Source: Bdellovibrionales bacterium
Lineage (GTDB): Bacteria > Bdellovibrionota > Bdellovibrionia > Bdellovibrionales > UBA1609
Direction: 5' to 3'
NCBI GenBank assembly: GCA_965200875.1
Contig: OZ241456.1
Span: 480,001 to 544,000 of the forward strand
Length of the DNA stretch: 64,000 nt
Under the pieces are notes generated by a model, which made no database searches, was not told the DNA's origin, and was given only the letters and a program-made list of their open reading frames with translations. Made by a program: the position numbers and the translations under genes. Of this stretch, positions 19,741-30,990 are shown piece by piece. Positions within the stretch are counted from its first letter, which is position 1, and each line of letters opens with the position of its first letter.

Positions 19741-20772
19741 ATGGATAATATACACAATAAACAAAAAGAAGCTTTGATTTTATCTAAGGAGATATTAAAA
19801 AATTTTGAATTATCTGAAATTTCACTTTCTAATGTAGCTTTAAAAACAGCTAGATTAGCTCGTCTTCTTGGTGAATTTGATTATGAAAAAGCGTTTCAGT
19901 TTGAAGTATCTGGATATTCATTTCCTAATGGAATACCTCCAGATGTTTTTAAAATTGCCCGGTTAGCCAACAGAAATTCCACAGATAATCAAGGTAAGGA
20001 AAGCGCATATACCCGTTCTATTGATCAAATCCTTTTGGAAAAAGAAGCTTATATAGAAGCTCTTAGAGTATCAGCAGATCCAAATATTAATTTATCGTAT
20101 TCAAATACACAGACAGATTTTTTTGGTGAAGTAGCAGACAGAATGCAAAGGCAACAGGTTATAAGAGGAAATCAGGAAGAGAGAAAAAATATTTTGAGTA
20201 CATTGCGCACATTAGAACAGCAATTATCTGAGAGAAAAGTATTTATATATTGTTATATAATGAAAAAAAACATTGAATTAGAATTTGAAGGGAATTTATA
20301 TGATGTTTTTCTTTCTAATTTAAAATTGGTTAAAATTAGAATTGTGCAATTTGTTCCTGATGGAGTTAAAAAACTAAATTCTATAATAGAAAACCTGAAA
20401 TCTTCAAATGAGGAAGATTGGTCAAATGCTGTACACAGCTGTCGCAGGCTATTGAAATCTGTTGCAGATGTTGTTTTTCCTCCTCAAAATGATAATTTAA
20501 AAGTCAATGGAAAAAATGTAAAGCTTGGCGAAGAACAGTATATAAACAGACTTATTGCTTTTATAGAAAAAAACAAATCTTCATCCACATATTCTCAAGT
20601 TGTTGGTTCTTAATTATCATTTCTAGGGGATAGATTAGATGCTATAACAAGTGCTACACAAAAAGGATCACACCATATTTTAAAAGATAAATCAGAAGCA
20701 GAAAAGTATTGTACCTATACATTGTTAATGTTAAGTGATATATTATCTTTTTTGATTAAAAAAACCGATTGA
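19741..20772 (+). pseudogene. AbiTii-like protein interrupted by one in-frame TAA
   Basis: LSNVALKTARLARL..FEVSGY; NAVHSCRRLL; frame continues after TAA 20611-20613 as LSFLGDRLD...QKGSH...SDILS to TGA 20772. Confidence 0.75.
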
Positions 20773-20980
20773 TTTAGTCTGTAATGCTTGTAATCTCTCA
20801 TTGAATGTCACAGCAAAGAGAAATAACGATTTTCCAAAAAAAAATCTAACTTTAAAAGTATTCTTTAGTCGGGCAGGAAGAGGATTGCTAACACGTGGAA
20901 AATCTGAGAGCGGTATCAGGAAATTCCCTGTAAATTCAGTCGGTCTTATGCTTCAGACATTGGATAAGTTTGTGAATAGC

Positions 20981-21009
20981 TTGACAAACTTATCCAAAAA
21001 ACTTAAAAT
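20981..21009 (+). promoter_or_regulatory. Putative sigma70 promoter TTGACA-17-TAAAAT
   Basis: Near-consensus boxes upstream of AAGGAG and ATG 21047. Confidence 0.6.
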
Positions 21010-21046
21010 CTTAATTAAACAGATATAAACAAAGGAGAAGTGGGTT

Positions 21047-21427
21047 ATGGAAATATCTTTTAGTGATTTAACTTCAGTTATTATAACTTCTGGTATTTTT
21101 TTATTGGGTCTTTTAACATTCCTTTTGACAGGTGTTAATTACATGTTGAACGCAAAGACAGACCGCTTGATGGAGAACAATAAGCAGATATTACAAAAAC
21201 ATTCTGACTCTATATCATCGGAAATGGATGCTATGAAAGTGGAGATAAAAAACAATAAGCAGATATTACAAAAACATTCTGACTCTATATCATCGGAAAT
21301 GGATGCTATGAAAGTGGAGATACAAAATAATAAAAAATATATGGAAAAAAGACTTGATCAATTATCTAAAACTGACGGAACAATACTTAAACTCATTGAG
21401 GAATTAATCGCATTAAAGACAAGCTAA
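21047..21427 (+). CDS. Small membrane-anchored coiled-coil protein with 25-aa (75-bp) tandem duplication
   Basis: N-terminal hydrophobic helix; repeat copies at 21176-21250 and 21251-21325. Confidence 0.7.
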   Translation: MEISFSDLTSVIITSGIFLLGLLTFLLTGVNYMLNAKTDRLMENNKQILQKHSDSISSEMDAMKVEIKNNKQILQKHSDSISSEMDAMKVEIQNNKKYMEKRLDQLSKTDGTILKLIEELIALKTS

Positions 21428-21534
21428 GGTGCAAACCATAATAAACCCGGCTGGGCTTGGCAACAACTGCTGTCTAAGAATTTTCAGAAAAGTTTAGTGT
21501 TCTGTAAGGACACAATCGCAAACAAAGAATCTGG

Positions 21535-21624
21535 TTTGAGTACATTGTGTATATGGCTATTATCTCTTTTGCCTGTAAGACTTGTAATAACCATTTTGAG
21601 TACATTGCGTATATGGCTATTATC
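21535..21624. repeat. 30-bp direct repeat pair separated by 30 bp
   Basis: TTTGAGTACATTG(T/C)GTATATGGCTATTATC at 21535 and 21595. Confidence 0.85.
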
Positions 21625-21761
21625 CAAGGAAATGTAATTTTTTCACAATTTATTTTTAAAAACAGCTTTTATTTATTTTTTCTTTTGAATGTCTCATAAA
21701 ATACTTGATTATCAATCCACAACATTTATTATCAATCCACAACAGCGAGAAGGAGAATTTT

Positions 21762-22493
21762 ATGAATATGAAGACAATACTTCTTTTATTATTTTTAATT
21801 TTAAGTTCTTTTGGTCATAGCAAAGCCAATGCAAGTTCTGAGTGTAATATCAATAATTATGAAGACTATATAAAGTGGTGGGATATATGGGACAATCTTA
21901 ATAATTGCGATTTGCGCAATGCGGATTTGCGCAATGTGAATTGGCGCTTGTTGCGAATGAGAGAGGCAGATTTAAGTGGTGCAGATTTGAGCTTTGGGAC
22001 TTTGAGGATGGTAAAAATGAGAGGAACAAATTTGAGTGGGGCGAATTTGTATCATGCACATTTGAGAGGTGTAAACTTAAGCTTCGCAATTTTAAGAAGA
22101 ACTAATTTTACCGGAGCACATTTGGATAATGTTAATCTGAATGAAGCAATATCGGCCTTTATGAATTTTACAGAAGCAGATTTAGAACATCTGAATGGAC
22201 GCGATGCGATTTTACACGATGCGAATTTTACCAGTGCAAATTTGCAAAAAGTGGATTTTCGCGGTGCGGATTTGAAAGGGGTGAATTTTACCAGCGCAGA
22301 TTTGCAGAAAGTGGATTTTAGAAATGCGGATTTGCGCTATGCAAATTTTACCAGCGCAGATTTGCGCGAGGCGAATTTTACTAGGAGTAATTTGTATAGA
22401 GCAAATTTGACTGAAGCAATAGTCACTCAAGAACAGGCAGAGTATTTAAATTCAAAAAACTTAAGTGGTTTTGTTGTTGCAGAGTTACATTAA
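21762..22493 (+). CDS. Secreted pentapeptide-repeat protein
   Basis: Signal peptide, many A(D/N)(L/F)xx units, AAGGAG RBS. Confidence 0.9.
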   Translation: MNMKTILLLLFLILSSFGHSKANASSECNINNYEDYIKWWDIWDNLNNCDLRNADLRNVNWRLLRMREADLSGADLSFGTLRMVKMRGTNLSGANLYHAHLRGVNLSFAILRRTNFTGAHLDNVNLNEAISAFMNFTEADLEHLNGRDAILHDANFTSANLQKVDFRGADLKGVNFTSADLQKVDFRNADLRYANFTSADLREANFTRSNLYRANLTEAIVTQEQAEYLNSKNLSGFVVAELH

Positions 22494-22509
22494 TTGCTCG
22501 CCGGGTAGC

Positions 22510-22609
22510 AATAAAGTATCGATGAACGGGGCAGTCAGTCAAAACTCATTTCCTAAAGTTTCATGGCCATAAATAAAGTATCGATGAACGGGGCAGTCAG
22601 TCAAAACTC
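22510..22609. repeat. 38-bp direct repeat pair, period 62
   Basis: AATAAAGTATCGATGAACGGGGCAGTCAGTCAAAACTC at 22510 and 22572. Confidence 0.88.
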
Positions 22610-22795
22610 CTAAAGTGCTTAAAACCCGCGAAACAGGCTTTTAAACAAGTCCACGATCAGCTTATCTCTATGGGTCTTTTTGATAAAAATTGTGGAAATT
22701 ATGTGAATGGGACTTGTTTTTAAAGGTATTACCTGCTATTTGTCATAGATTAAAGAAAAAAACTCATAATGAAATAAAAGGTGGTGAGTTATCTA

Positions 22796-22993
22796 ATGCC
22801 TCGTATAAAAATTCGTGAAGGAGAACATTTTGAGCAGGCACTCCGGCGATTTAAAAAATCCTGCGAAAAGTTTGGGATTCTTTCTGAAATCAAAAAGCGG
22901 GAATTTTATGAAAAGCCCAGTGTATGCAAAAAGAAAAAAGCCTTAAACGCACGAAGAAGATCTTTAAAAAAAACCAGAAAGTTTGGAGCTTGA
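22796..22993 (+). CDS. rpsU: 30S ribosomal protein S21
   Basis: ALRRFKK...[10 protein letters not shown]; first gene of the macromolecular synthesis operon. Confidence 0.95.
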   Translation: MPRIKIREGEHFEQALRRFKKSCEKFGILSEIKKREFYEKPSVCKKKKALNARRRSLKKTRKFGA

Positions 22994-22994
22994 T

Positions 22995-23462
22995 ATGGAA
23001 AAAAAACCTCTTTCTTTGAAAGATCGCATTCTACTGGACATGAAATCCGCTAGAAAAGAAAAAAATACTGTTTTGCTTCAGACTTTAAAACTGGTATATG
23101 CAGAATGCAGGAACCGGGAAATCGAACAGAAGACTTCTCATTTGGAGGATTCTCAGATGATAGCACTTTTAAAAAAACAGGTGAAACAGTATGAGGAAAG
23201 CGTTGAACAGTTTGAAAGAGCGAAGCGCGTGGAGAGTGCTAGGGAACAAAAAGAAAGGTTGCGTTTAATTCAGTCTTATTTGCCAAAAGCACTTTCGAAA
23301 GAGGAATTGAAAACCCTTGTTGAGGAAACCATTTTGCATTTGAAAGCCACTTCAACAAAAGATATGGGTTTGGTCATAAAAACCGCGCAATCCCGCGCGG
23401 AGGGTTTTACCGATAATCGTCTTTTGGCGGAGTTGGTAAAAGAAAGATTGCAGGCTTTATGA
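22995..23462 (+). CDS. yqeY: GatB/YqeY domain protein
   Basis: LKDRILLDMKSA, YLPKALS, KDMG; lies between rpsU and dnaG. Confidence 0.9.
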   Translation: MEKKPLSLKDRILLDMKSARKEKNTVLLQTLKLVYAECRNREIEQKTSHLEDSQMIALLKKQVKQYEESVEQFERAKRVESAREQKERLRLIQSYLPKALSKEELKTLVEETILHLKATSTKDMGLVIKTAQSRAEGFTDNRLLAELVKERLQAL

Positions 23463-25303
23463 GGAGAGTTTCTCCAAGGAGAGTTTCTCCAGATTTTATA
23501 GAACAAGTTTGTTTAGCCAATGATATTGTGGATATTATTGGAGAGGACACATTTTTAAAGCCCTCTGGTGCTCGTTACATGGGTCTTTGTCCGTTTCCCT
23601 CCCATAACGAGAAAACCCCCAGTTTTTCGGTTTCCCAGGATCGCCAACTTTACCATTGCTTTGGCTGTGGGCAGTCGGGAAATATTATTACCTATATTCG
23701 GGAAAAACGAGGTTTGTCTTTTATAGAGGCTGTTAAATTTTTGGTTCAAAGAGCGGGTTTGTCCATGCCATCCGCATGGCATAAAGAAAGCCATTCATAC
23801 ATAGAGCGCAGGAAATTATTGGAAATTAACTTGTCAGCTTGCAAATTTTACGAAAAAAAATTAAAAGACTTAAAAACCTCTCATCCGGTTAAGCAGTATT
23901 TAAAGCAAAGAGATTTTTCAGATGAAATCGTGAAAAAATTCCGATTGGGTTATGCTCCCTCTGGCTGGGAGGAGCTTTGTTTCCACTTGAAGAAAAAAGG
24001 TTTTGATATAGGTTTATCCACGAAGTTGGGATTGATTAAGAGAAAAACAAATTATTATGATTTTTTTCGCGAACGGCTTATGTTTCCAGTATTTGCAAAA
24101 AATGGTCAGGATATTTTAGGGTTTGGGGGAAGAGCTTTGGAGGAAAACCCTGCCAAGTATATCAACAGTCAGGATTCAGATATTTTTCACAAAGGACAAA
24201 TTTTTTACGGCTGGGAGAATGCAGTAAGTGCTATTCGACAGAGTGGAAAAGCTTTGGTGGTGGAAGGTTACACGGACTACTTGAGTTTGTATCAAAGAGG
24301 GGTGGAGAATGTAGTGGCGACTTTGGGGACGGCTTTAACAAAAGAACATGCTCATTGGCTTTCCCGATACACAGAACAGGTGATTTTATGTTTTGATGGA
24401 GATAAAGCCGGAGAAAAAGCGACTCAAAGAAGTTTAAGTATTTTGCTCTCTTCTGGCCTCACGCCTAAAATTCTAAAATTTGAAGAAGGCAGGGATCCTG
24501 ATTCTTTTATTCGTGAAAATGGCAAGAAGGTTTTTTGTGAAAAAGTGGACTCTGCTCAAGATCTTTTTTTGTACTTGTTTTTTGCAGAGTTAAAGAAATA
24601 TCCGCCGGGTGTGGATCGTTTTGCTTTGATTCAAAAAATTGCGGATGTGTTGGCACAGACAAAAAAAGGGGTACTGAGGGAATATTATATTACCCGGTTT
24701 TTGGATAGCTTTGGGTTTGACTCAACTTTGGCTAAAAAGGCTTTGAATCAGGCTTTAAATCGAAAAAGATCATCTCGGTTTCAAAAAAATGTTTCTTTTT
24801 TGGACAAAAGCAGAGAGGGGCATTCATTTTCTGAGGGGTCTTTCGAAGCTGAATCCACTATTTCCCTAGAGTCAGTTTATAAGCCAGAATTATATCTTTT
24901 AATATTGGCTCTGGAAAATCCGAATTACTATAAGGAAATTCGAAACTCAGGAGTGATTGAAAAAATAAGTCATGAAGGAGTGAAGCGTTTGTTTGATATA
25001 GTAAAGGAATATGATATGCAGGAGATAAAGTGTTTTTCCATTTTGACTGAAATTTTATCTGCTGATTTGGACAATCCAAAAGATTTGCAAAAAGACCATT
25101 ACCCTTCGTTAAAATACTTATCTCCGGAAAAAGCAAAAACTTTTATACAGGATTGTATCAGTAAGGTCGAAGAGAGAAAGAAATATTTAAATTTGAAAAA
25201 TGTTACAGCTAGTATGAGATTGGATCAAGAAAACCCGAAAAAATATTTAGAAAAAGTAGCAGAATGGACAGAAAAATCAAAAAAAGCGGAGAAGGAAATA
25301 TGA
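23459..25303 (+). CDS. dnaG: DNA primase
   Basis: Zn finger [40 protein letters not shown]. Confidence 0.97.
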   Translation: MRRVSPRRVSPDFIEQVCLANDIVDIIGEDTFLKPSGARYMGLCPFPSHNEKTPSFSVSQDRQLYHCFGCGQSGNIITYIREKRGLSFIEAVKFLVQRAGLSMPSAWHKESHSYIERRKLLEINLSACKFYEKKLKDLKTSHPVKQYLKQRDFSDEIVKKFRLGYAPSGWEELCFHLKKKGFDIGLSTKLGLIKRKTNYYDFFRERLMFPVFAKNGQDILGFGGRALEENPAKYINSQDSDIFHKGQIFYGWENAVSAIRQSGKALVVEGYTDYLSLYQRGVENVVATLGTALTKEHAHWLSRYTEQVILCFDGDKAGEKATQRSLSILLSSGLTPKILKFEEGRDPDSFIRENGKKVFCEKVDSAQDLFLYLFFAELKKYPPGVDRFALIQKIADVLAQTKKGVLREYYITRFLDSFGFDSTLAKKALNQALNRKRSSRFQKNVSFLDKSREGHSFSEGSFEAESTISLESVYKPELYLLILALENPNYYKEIRNSGVIEKISHEGVKRLFDIVKEYDMQEIKCFSILTEILSADLDNPKDLQKDHYPSLKYLSPEKAKTFIQDCISKVEERKKYLNLKNVTASMRLDQENPKKYLEKVAEWTEKSKKAEKEI

Positions 25304-27150
25304 AAAACAAAACAGACGAAAAAAATACCTCAAGTGATCAACTAAGTTCTCTTCCTGTAAATCAGATGGATTTGATGCAGAAAGGTTTGAAGGAGCTTAT
25401 TGTTCTGGCGGAAAAAAATGAAAATGTTTTGCATATAGATGAGTTGAATGAACATTTGCCAGCGGAATTGACAGATGCGGATGTGTTGGATCAACTTATG
25501 CTCACATTGGAGCAAAAAGCCATAGAGATAAAATATCCGACCTTTGTAAATAACGGAAAAATGTCGGAGGACATATTATTTGCGGAAGAAGGTAAAGAAG
25601 AAGACGGGGAGGAATTAAAAGGCTACAGGAACAATGATCCTGTTCGTTTGTATTTAAGGAAAATGGGAGGGGTGTCCCTGTTGGACAGAAAAGGCGAAGT
25701 GGATATTGCTAGGCGGATTGAAAGAGGGGAAAGAGAAATCATCCGCGCCATTTTAATGTGTCCTATGGGAACCAGTGAAGTGATTCGTCTGGGAGATCAT
25801 CTAAAGAATGGACGGCTGAAGGTAAAAGCTATCTTTAGAGGGTTAGAGGATGAAGAGCGTCGGTACAATGAAAAAGAGTATTTGGATAAAATTTTTGAGC
25901 TTATCGGAAGCGTGAAAAAGTATCAAAACAAAGCCAGTCAATATTTTTCAAAAATAAAAGAACAATCCGAGGATATGCAAAAAGAGGATGTGAAAAAAGA
26001 GGAACAGTTTCTAATGAAACTGAATAGTGAATTAATGAAAGAGTTTAAAAATGTTAATTTCAACCGGAAAATTATCAGTCATATTGCCATGAAATTTCAT
26101 AATCTTCTCAATAGAATGGAAGAGCTTCAAAAAAGAGTAAAATCCTCTGTGGAAAAAACTTTTTCAAAAGATTTTGAGCAAATGAAGGAAACCTATTTTC
26201 TTATGTATAAAAGCGATAAAGAGATGTTTCGGGTTCAGCGGGAAACGGGTTTGAATTTTAAAAAATTTCGGGCATTTTATCTTTCCGCGGATGATGCGAA
26301 AAATCGGCTGAATCGTTTGCAAAAAGAAACATGGATGGGTTATCAGTGGATGAAAGCGACTTGCACCGCTATTTGGCGAGGGGAGCAAGAGGCAGACAAA
26401 GCTAAATCAAAACTGGTGAAAGCTAATTTGCGATTGGTGGTCTCTATTGCAAAAAAATACACCAATAGAGGTTTACAGTTTTTGGATCTCATTCAGGAAG
26501 GTAATATGGGTTTGATGAAAGCAGTGGACAAGTTTGAATATCGCCGAGGATATAAGTTTTCCACTTACGCCACTTGGTGGATCCGCCAAGCTATTACAAG
26601 AGCTATTGCGGATCAGGCGCGTACGATTCGGATTCCTGTCCACATGATAGAAACTATTAATAAATTGATTCGAACCTCCCGATACCTTATCCAGGAGCTG
26701 GGCCGGGAACCAACTCCAAAGGAAATTGCAAACAAAATGGAACTGCCTGTGGATAAAGTAAGAAAAGTTTTGCGTATTGCGAAAGAACCTATCAGTTTGG
26801 ACACTCCTTTAGGCGAGGAGGAGGATTCTCACTTGGGAGATTTTATAGAAGACAAAGGGGTTATCAATCCCTCTTCCGCTATTGTAAACTTGAATTTGAT
26901 GGAGCAGACTCGAAGAGTGTTATCCACTCTGACTCCTAGGGAGGAGAGAGTCCTCAGAATGCGATTTGGAATTGGAGAGGAAAGTGACCACACTTTGGAG
27001 GAAGTGGGACAGGACTTTAATGTGACAAGGGAGCGAATTCGCCAGATTGAAGCGAAAGCTTTGCGCAAGTTAAGACATCCCAGTCGCTCAGACAGACTGA
27101 AAACTTTTGTGGATGTAGATAATGAAATGGATACAGATATGGAAGAGTAA
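25300..27150 (+). CDS. rpoD: RNA polymerase primary sigma factor
   Basis: [47 protein letters not shown] overlap with dnaG. Confidence 0.98.
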   Translation: MKNKTDEKNTSSDQLSSLPVNQMDLMQKGLKELIVLAEKNENVLHIDELNEHLPAELTDADVLDQLMLTLEQKAIEIKYPTFVNNGKMSEDILFAEEGKEEDGEELKGYRNNDPVRLYLRKMGGVSLLDRKGEVDIARRIERGEREIIRAILMCPMGTSEVIRLGDHLKNGRLKVKAIFRGLEDEERRYNEKEYLDKIFELIGSVKKYQNKASQYFSKIKEQSEDMQKEDVKKEEQFLMKLNSELMKEFKNVNFNRKIISHIAMKFHNLLNRMEELQKRVKSSVEKTFSKDFEQMKETYFLMYKSDKEMFRVQRETGLNFKKFRAFYLSADDAKNRLNRLQKETWMGYQWMKATCTAIWRGEQEADKAKSKLVKANLRLVVSIAKKYTNRGLQFLDLIQEGNMGLMKAVDKFEYRRGYKFSTYATWWIRQAITRAIADQARTIRIPVHMIETINKLIRTSRYLIQELGREPTPKEIANKMELPVDKVRKVLRIAKEPISLDTPLGEEEDSHLGDFIEDKGVINPSSAIVNLNLMEQTRRVLSTLTPREERVLRMRFGIGEESDHTLEEVGQDFNVTRERIRQIEAKALRKLRHPSRSDRLKTFVDVDNEMDTDMEE

Positions 27151-27634
27151 AAAGGATTTTTTATGGATTGCGCTTTGTTTTCCTTTGTTGGGTTGTGGAT
27201 CCATGCTTTGCTCAAAAGGAGACACCAATCAAGGTGTGTTTTTTGATTTCGATCCGGTACTTCAGAGTGTGGATATAGGGGCTTATCCCACTTTTCACTC
27301 AAAGGATAGCTGGGTTAAAAAGTTGATTGTCAAACCGGAAGGTTTTTTGCTTGTTTCCTCTCAAAAAACAGTCCATTGTGATAACCATGAGGAGATGAAA
27401 AAAAATATCCACTTGGTTTGTAAAGGACATAAACTCGTGGAGGTGTATACTATTTTTCGATATATCGATAAAACAGGTTATCAGGAGTGGTCTTATGCGT
27501 CTCTACAGGAATGGGAAAATATAACAGACCTTTATCACAAATTTTCGAAGAAACCACAGTATCATTACCAGAAATGCCGGTATAAGTTTTTTGGATTTTT
27601 ATATCAGTTATGGCAAATTATTAAAAAAGTTTAA
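27122..27634 (+). CDS. Hypothetical lipoprotein
   Basis: LLG-C lipobox-like segment; fills the gap between rpoD and the tRNA; start uncertain. Confidence 0.5.
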   Translation: MKWIQIWKSKKDFLWIALCFPLLGCGSMLCSKGDTNQGVFFDFDPVLQSVDIGAYPTFHSKDSWVKKLIVKPEGFLLVSSQKTVHCDNHEEMKKNIHLVCKGHKLVEVYTIFRYIDKTGYQEWSYASLQEWENITDLYHKFSKKPQYHYQKCRYKFFGFLYQLWQIIKKV

Positions 27635-27637
27635 CAG

Positions 27638-27714
27638 GGGGGCTTAGCTTAGTTGGTTAAAGCATCCGGCTCATAACCGGAGGATCGAAGGTTCGAGTCC
27701 TTCAGCCCCTACCA
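27638..27714 (+). tRNA. tRNA with CAT anticodon, probably tRNA-Ile2
   Basis: Cloverleaf: acceptor GGGGGCT/AGCCCCT, anticodon stem TCCGG/CCGGA around CTCATAA, GTTCGAG T-loop, CCA end; lacks initiator features. Confidence 0.93.
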
Positions 27715-27783
27715 TTTAGCTTGTAAAAAGCTTCAGAACCGGGGAGTTATAATGTGGTTTTATAAGGTTGTTTTCCAAGAGGG

Positions 27784-27893
27784 GTAAATAAAATAAATAT
27801 GTTACCAGTGTGTTGCAACCCTTGGGCCTGTCGATATGTGGTTTTATCAACAGTGTAAATAAAATAAATATGTTACCAGTATGTTGCAACCCT
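27784..27893. repeat. 39-bp direct repeat pair, period 71
   Basis: GTAAATAAAATAAATATGTTACCAGT(G/A)TGTTGCAACCCT at 27784 and 27855. Confidence 0.88.
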
Positions 27894-27994
27894 AAGGGTA
27901 AAATTGTTAAATTACGGGGATAAACAAAATAGCTATATTATTTGGGAGTCTGGCACGATAGGCGATAAAGCTACAAAAAAACAGGAACGATATT

Positions 27995-28576
27995 ATGAAC
28001 CAAAAGTTTTTGACGGTGTTGGAACATTTACTGCAAAAAATCAAGGCAAAAGTCGGGTCTCGGACAGAACCGGTTTTGGCTGGTATTTGGTCTGATGAGC
28101 AGGCATTTTTATCCGCAATAAAAGACTTAAAACAGAAAGGCTATAAAAAAATTTCAGCCATTACCCCCTGCCCTGTACATGGTTTGGAAGATCTGTTGGA
28201 GATCAAAAGATCCTGGATTCCGTGGGTGACTTTTGTGTTTGGCACAGTTGGCTGTCTTTTTGGTTTGTGGTTTACCTGGTGGACTTCCGCGGTGGATTGG
28301 CCTTTGATTATTGGCGGAAAGCCTTTTTGGTCTCTGCCGGCTTTTATCCCTGTGATTTTTGAATGCACTATTTTGTTGGGTGCGCTTTCCTCTGTGGGGG
28401 CTTTGTTTTATGCGTGTGGCATTCCCTCCGTGGACCCTCCTGTGTTGGATAAAGACCTCACCTCCCACAAGTTTGCGATTTACTTTAAATTAAAAGATAA
28501 AAAACAATCTTCAGCAGACTTGGAACAAGAATTAAAATCCTTGGGTGCAGAAAGTGTTCTGCACTCGGAGTTCTAA
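27995..28576 (+). CDS. actD: Alternative complex III subunit D (DUF3341)
   Basis: TPCPVHGL, DWPLIIGGKP, PAFIPVIFECTIL motifs. Confidence 0.9.
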   Translation: MNQKFLTVLEHLLQKIKAKVGSRTEPVLAGIWSDEQAFLSAIKDLKQKGYKKISAITPCPVHGLEDLLEIKRSWIPWVTFVFGTVGCLFGLWFTWWTSAVDWPLIIGGKPFWSLPAFIPVIFECTILLGALSSVGALFYACGIPSVDPPVLDKDLTSHKFAIYFKLKDKKQSSADLEQELKSLGAESVLHSEF

Positions 28577-28580
28577 ATTA

Positions 28581-28598
28581 AAGGCCCGTGAAAAAAGT
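28581..28598 (+). repeat. Dispersed element end (AAGGCCCGTGAAAAAAGT)
   Basis: Core motif just after the actD stop. Confidence 0.5.
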
Positions 28599-28615
28599 TT
28601 GGTAGGTATAGAATT

Positions 28616-29248
28616 ATGAAAAATAGCTTTTATAAAAACCTCCTGTTGCTTTTTTCTCCTATGTTGCTTTTCCTGCGAGCTGGTTTTATACAGGGGATAT
28701 TGTTGCTCCTATTAGGTGGAGCACTGGTTGGTTGCACTTGCAGTGGTGGAAAAAATCGCACAGACTTTGAGCTTTTTCACGATATGCTGAAACAACAACA
28801 TATTAAAGCACAAGAAGGAGACGAAAAAGGAACTTTTATGCGTGTCCCTCCTGAAAACACCCGTGCACGAAATCAGAAATATTATCCTTATAAAGGTGAA
28901 CCGGAAAAAGCAGGGAAAAATTTGATAAATCCTTTTTCCAATCAATTTTCTCCAGAGATTATCGGTATTGGCAAAAGGCAATACGAAAGAGCTTGCATTT
29001 ACTGCCACGGCGGGACAGGGAAAGGTGAAGGAAAGGTGGCGCAAAAAATGGTTGTAAAGCCCCCTTCTTTATTGGAAGAAAAAGCCATAAATTACTCAGA
29101 CGGGCGAATGTATCATATTATCCACGAAGGGCAAGGCGTGATGGGAAGTTATCGCAAGCAGGTTCGTGGAGAAAAAGAAAGATGGGCTTTGGTGAATTAT
29201 ATCAGGATGTTGCAAAAACAAGCTCTGCAAGAAGAGCTGGAAAAATAA
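28616..29248 (+). CDS. actE: Alternative complex III monoheme cytochrome c lipoprotein
   Basis: LVG-C lipobox, CIYCH, G.GVMGSY..ERWALVNYIR; follows actD. Confidence 0.85.
   Translation: MKNSFYKNLLLLFSPMLLFLRAGFIQGILLLLLGGALVGCTCSGGKNRTDFELFHDMLKQQHIKAQEGDEKGTFMRVPPENTRARNQKYYPYKGEPEKAGKNLINPFSNQFSPEIIGIGKRQYERACIYCHGGTGKGEGKVAQKMVVKPPSLLEEKAINYSDGRMYHIIHEGQGVMGSYRKQVRGEKERWALVNYIRMLQKQALQEELEK
29190..29221 (+). repeat. Repeat A copy 1 (actE 3' end)
   Basis: 31/32 identical to 30938-30969. Confidence 0.9.
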
Positions 29249-29306
29249 AGATATGGTTGAATTTTAAAAATGTGAATGTGGTTTCTTGGTGAAGTTCAGA
29301 AATGGA

Positions 29307-29323
29307 AAATAACTGATGAAGAA
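29307..29323 (+). repeat. Repeat B copy 1
   Basis: AAATAACTGATGAAGAA, identical to 32089-32105. Confidence 0.8.
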
Positions 29324-30308
29324 AAAAATGGAATTAAGGAAAAAAAGTGAAATGGTTTATCCACTTGGTTCTGATGGGGTTGCTATTGCAAACTCTTGGA
29401 ATCGTGCCAACTTTAGTGTTGTGCTTTATCCTGGCGATTGTCTAAAACTTCTTAAACAGATACCGGATGAGAAGATACAGCTGATAGTGACTTCTCCACC
29501 ATACAATATTGGGAAGGAATATGAAAACAAGTTAAAATTGGATATTTACAAGGAACAGCAAGCTCAAGTCATAAAGGAATGTGTGAGGGTTTTATCTAAA
29601 AACGGCAGTTTATGCTGGCAAGTGGGTAACTATGTTCATAAAGGCACTATTATTCCTTTAGATACTATTTTGCACCCTGTTTTTTCTTCTTTTAATTTAA
29701 AAATGCGAAATCGTATTATATGGCACTTTGAACATGGCTTGCATTGTTCAAAAAGATTTTCAGGAAGATACGAAACTATCGTGTGGTTTACAAAATCAGA
29801 CAATTATGTGTTTAATCTGGATCCGGTCAGGATTCCTCAAAAATATCCGCGCAAAAAATATTTTAAAGGGCCAAAAGCTGGGCAATATTCCTGCCATCCT
29901 TTTGGGAAAAACCCAGGGGATTTGTGGATGATTCCGAATGTGAAACACAATCATGTGGAAAAGACGAACCATCCATGTCAATTTCCTGTGGAATTAGTGG
30001 AAAGGTTGATTCTTTCCATGACTGATAAGGGTGATTGGATTTTGGATCCCTTCTTAGGTTCTGGCAGTAGTATTATAGCGGCTCTTAAACAGGGGAGACG
30101 GGGAGCAGGTGCTGAAACTAATAAAAAGTATGTGAAGATTGCTTATGAGAGAATCAAGAAGTTTGAACAGGGCACTTTAAAAACCCGAAAGATGCACACC
30201 CCAATTTATGATCCCAATCAGCCAAAACCATCACCATCACGAAAAAACTATGATAATAGTTTACACTTGGATCAAATAAACTTATTTAATAACCTAGATT
30301 CTTATTAA
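29316..30308 (+). CDS. Type II DNA methyltransferase, N4-cytosine/N6 beta class
   Basis: TSPPY before HPCQFP and DPFLGSGS. Confidence 0.93.
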   Translation: MKKKMELRKKSEMVYPLGSDGVAIANSWNRANFSVVLYPGDCLKLLKQIPDEKIQLIVTSPPYNIGKEYENKLKLDIYKEQQAQVIKECVRVLSKNGSLCWQVGNYVHKGTIIPLDTILHPVFSSFNLKMRNRIIWHFEHGLHCSKRFSGRYETIVWFTKSDNYVFNLDPVRIPQKYPRKKYFKGPKAGQYSCHPFGKNPGDLWMIPNVKHNHVEKTNHPCQFPVELVERLILSMTDKGDWILDPFLGSGSSIIAALKQGRRGAGAETNKKYVKIAYERIKKFEQGTLKTRKMHTPIYDPNQPKPSPSRKNYDNSLHLDQINLFNNLDSY

Positions 30309-30315
30309 AGGTACA

Positions 30316-30927
30316 TTGATGAAAATATCTGAAACCTACTCTCATTTAAACGGATTAGAATATCTACTTGTTCACAAAAACAACCTATGGACAGAGCTTA
30401 AAAAAGTGATTTCTTCTGTAGACGCAGAAAAATGCAAAACAAAAATTTCTAAAGAAAAAATGAAAAAAGGACAGAAACTGTATAGTCCAATACAAATGAA
30501 TCAAGAATTTAAGAAATTGCTGGGTGAAAAAAAATGGCAGGAAAGCCGGGTTAATTACTGGGTGACGAAAAATGAAAAGCTTATTAGAAAAACGTTAACT
30601 ATGCCTGTAGATGATCAAAAAAAAGAAATAGAGTTGGCCGATGAGATTCCTATTATGAGTTATAACCAAACAGATTTTATTAAAGCTCGTGTGGCTGTTG
30701 AAGTTCAATTTGGAAAATACGCTTTTGTAGCTTATGATCTATTTGTAAAACATTTGGCTTTTTATGTGGGTGATACGATTGATGTGGGCATTGAAATACT
30801 ACCTATGAAGTCTTTACAAAAGAATATGAGTTCAGGAGTGGCTTATTATGAAGGGGAATTATATAATATGGTTCGTCAGGGGCGAGGAGTCCCGGCAGTT
30901 CCGATTGTGCTAATAGGTGTTGAGTGA
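30316..30927 (+). CDS. BglII/BstYI-family type II restriction endonuclease
   Basis: QTDFIK.RVAVEVQFGKY motif; adjacent to MTase. Confidence 0.88.
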   Translation: MMKISETYSHLNGLEYLLVHKNNLWTELKKVISSVDAEKCKTKISKEKMKKGQKLYSPIQMNQEFKKLLGEKKWQESRVNYWVTKNEKLIRKTLTMPVDDQKKEIELADEIPIMSYNQTDFIKARVAVEVQFGKYAFVAYDLFVKHLAFYVGDTIDVGIEILPMKSLQKNMSSGVAYYEGELYNMVRQGRGVPAVPIVLIGVE

Positions 30928-30937
30928 TGAAAGTATC

Positions 30938-30969
30938 TGGTGAATTATATCAGGATGTTGGAAAAACAA
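30938..30969 (+). repeat. Repeat A copy 2
   Basis: TGGTGAATTATATCAGGATGTTGGAAAAACAA, a copy of actE coding sequence. Confidence 0.9.
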
Positions 30970-30990
30970 ATTCTTCTCTGAGCAAATAAT

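Noticed and set aside
19485..19748. 87-aa ORF from the track
   Set aside because: It is a shadow frame over the IS200 tnpA relic, which reads in another frame.
20801..21028. 75-aa TTG-start ORF
   Set aside because: No RBS or motifs, and it overlaps the promoter of the next gene.
27638..27714. Initiator tRNA-fMet
   Set aside because: No C1:A72 mismatch and no three G:C pairs closing the anticodon stem; elongator Met is not fully excluded.
27784..27893. dif/Xer site or tRNA att site
   Set aside because: Only ATGTTA resembles the XerD arm; there is no XerC arm and no similarity to the tRNA 3' end.
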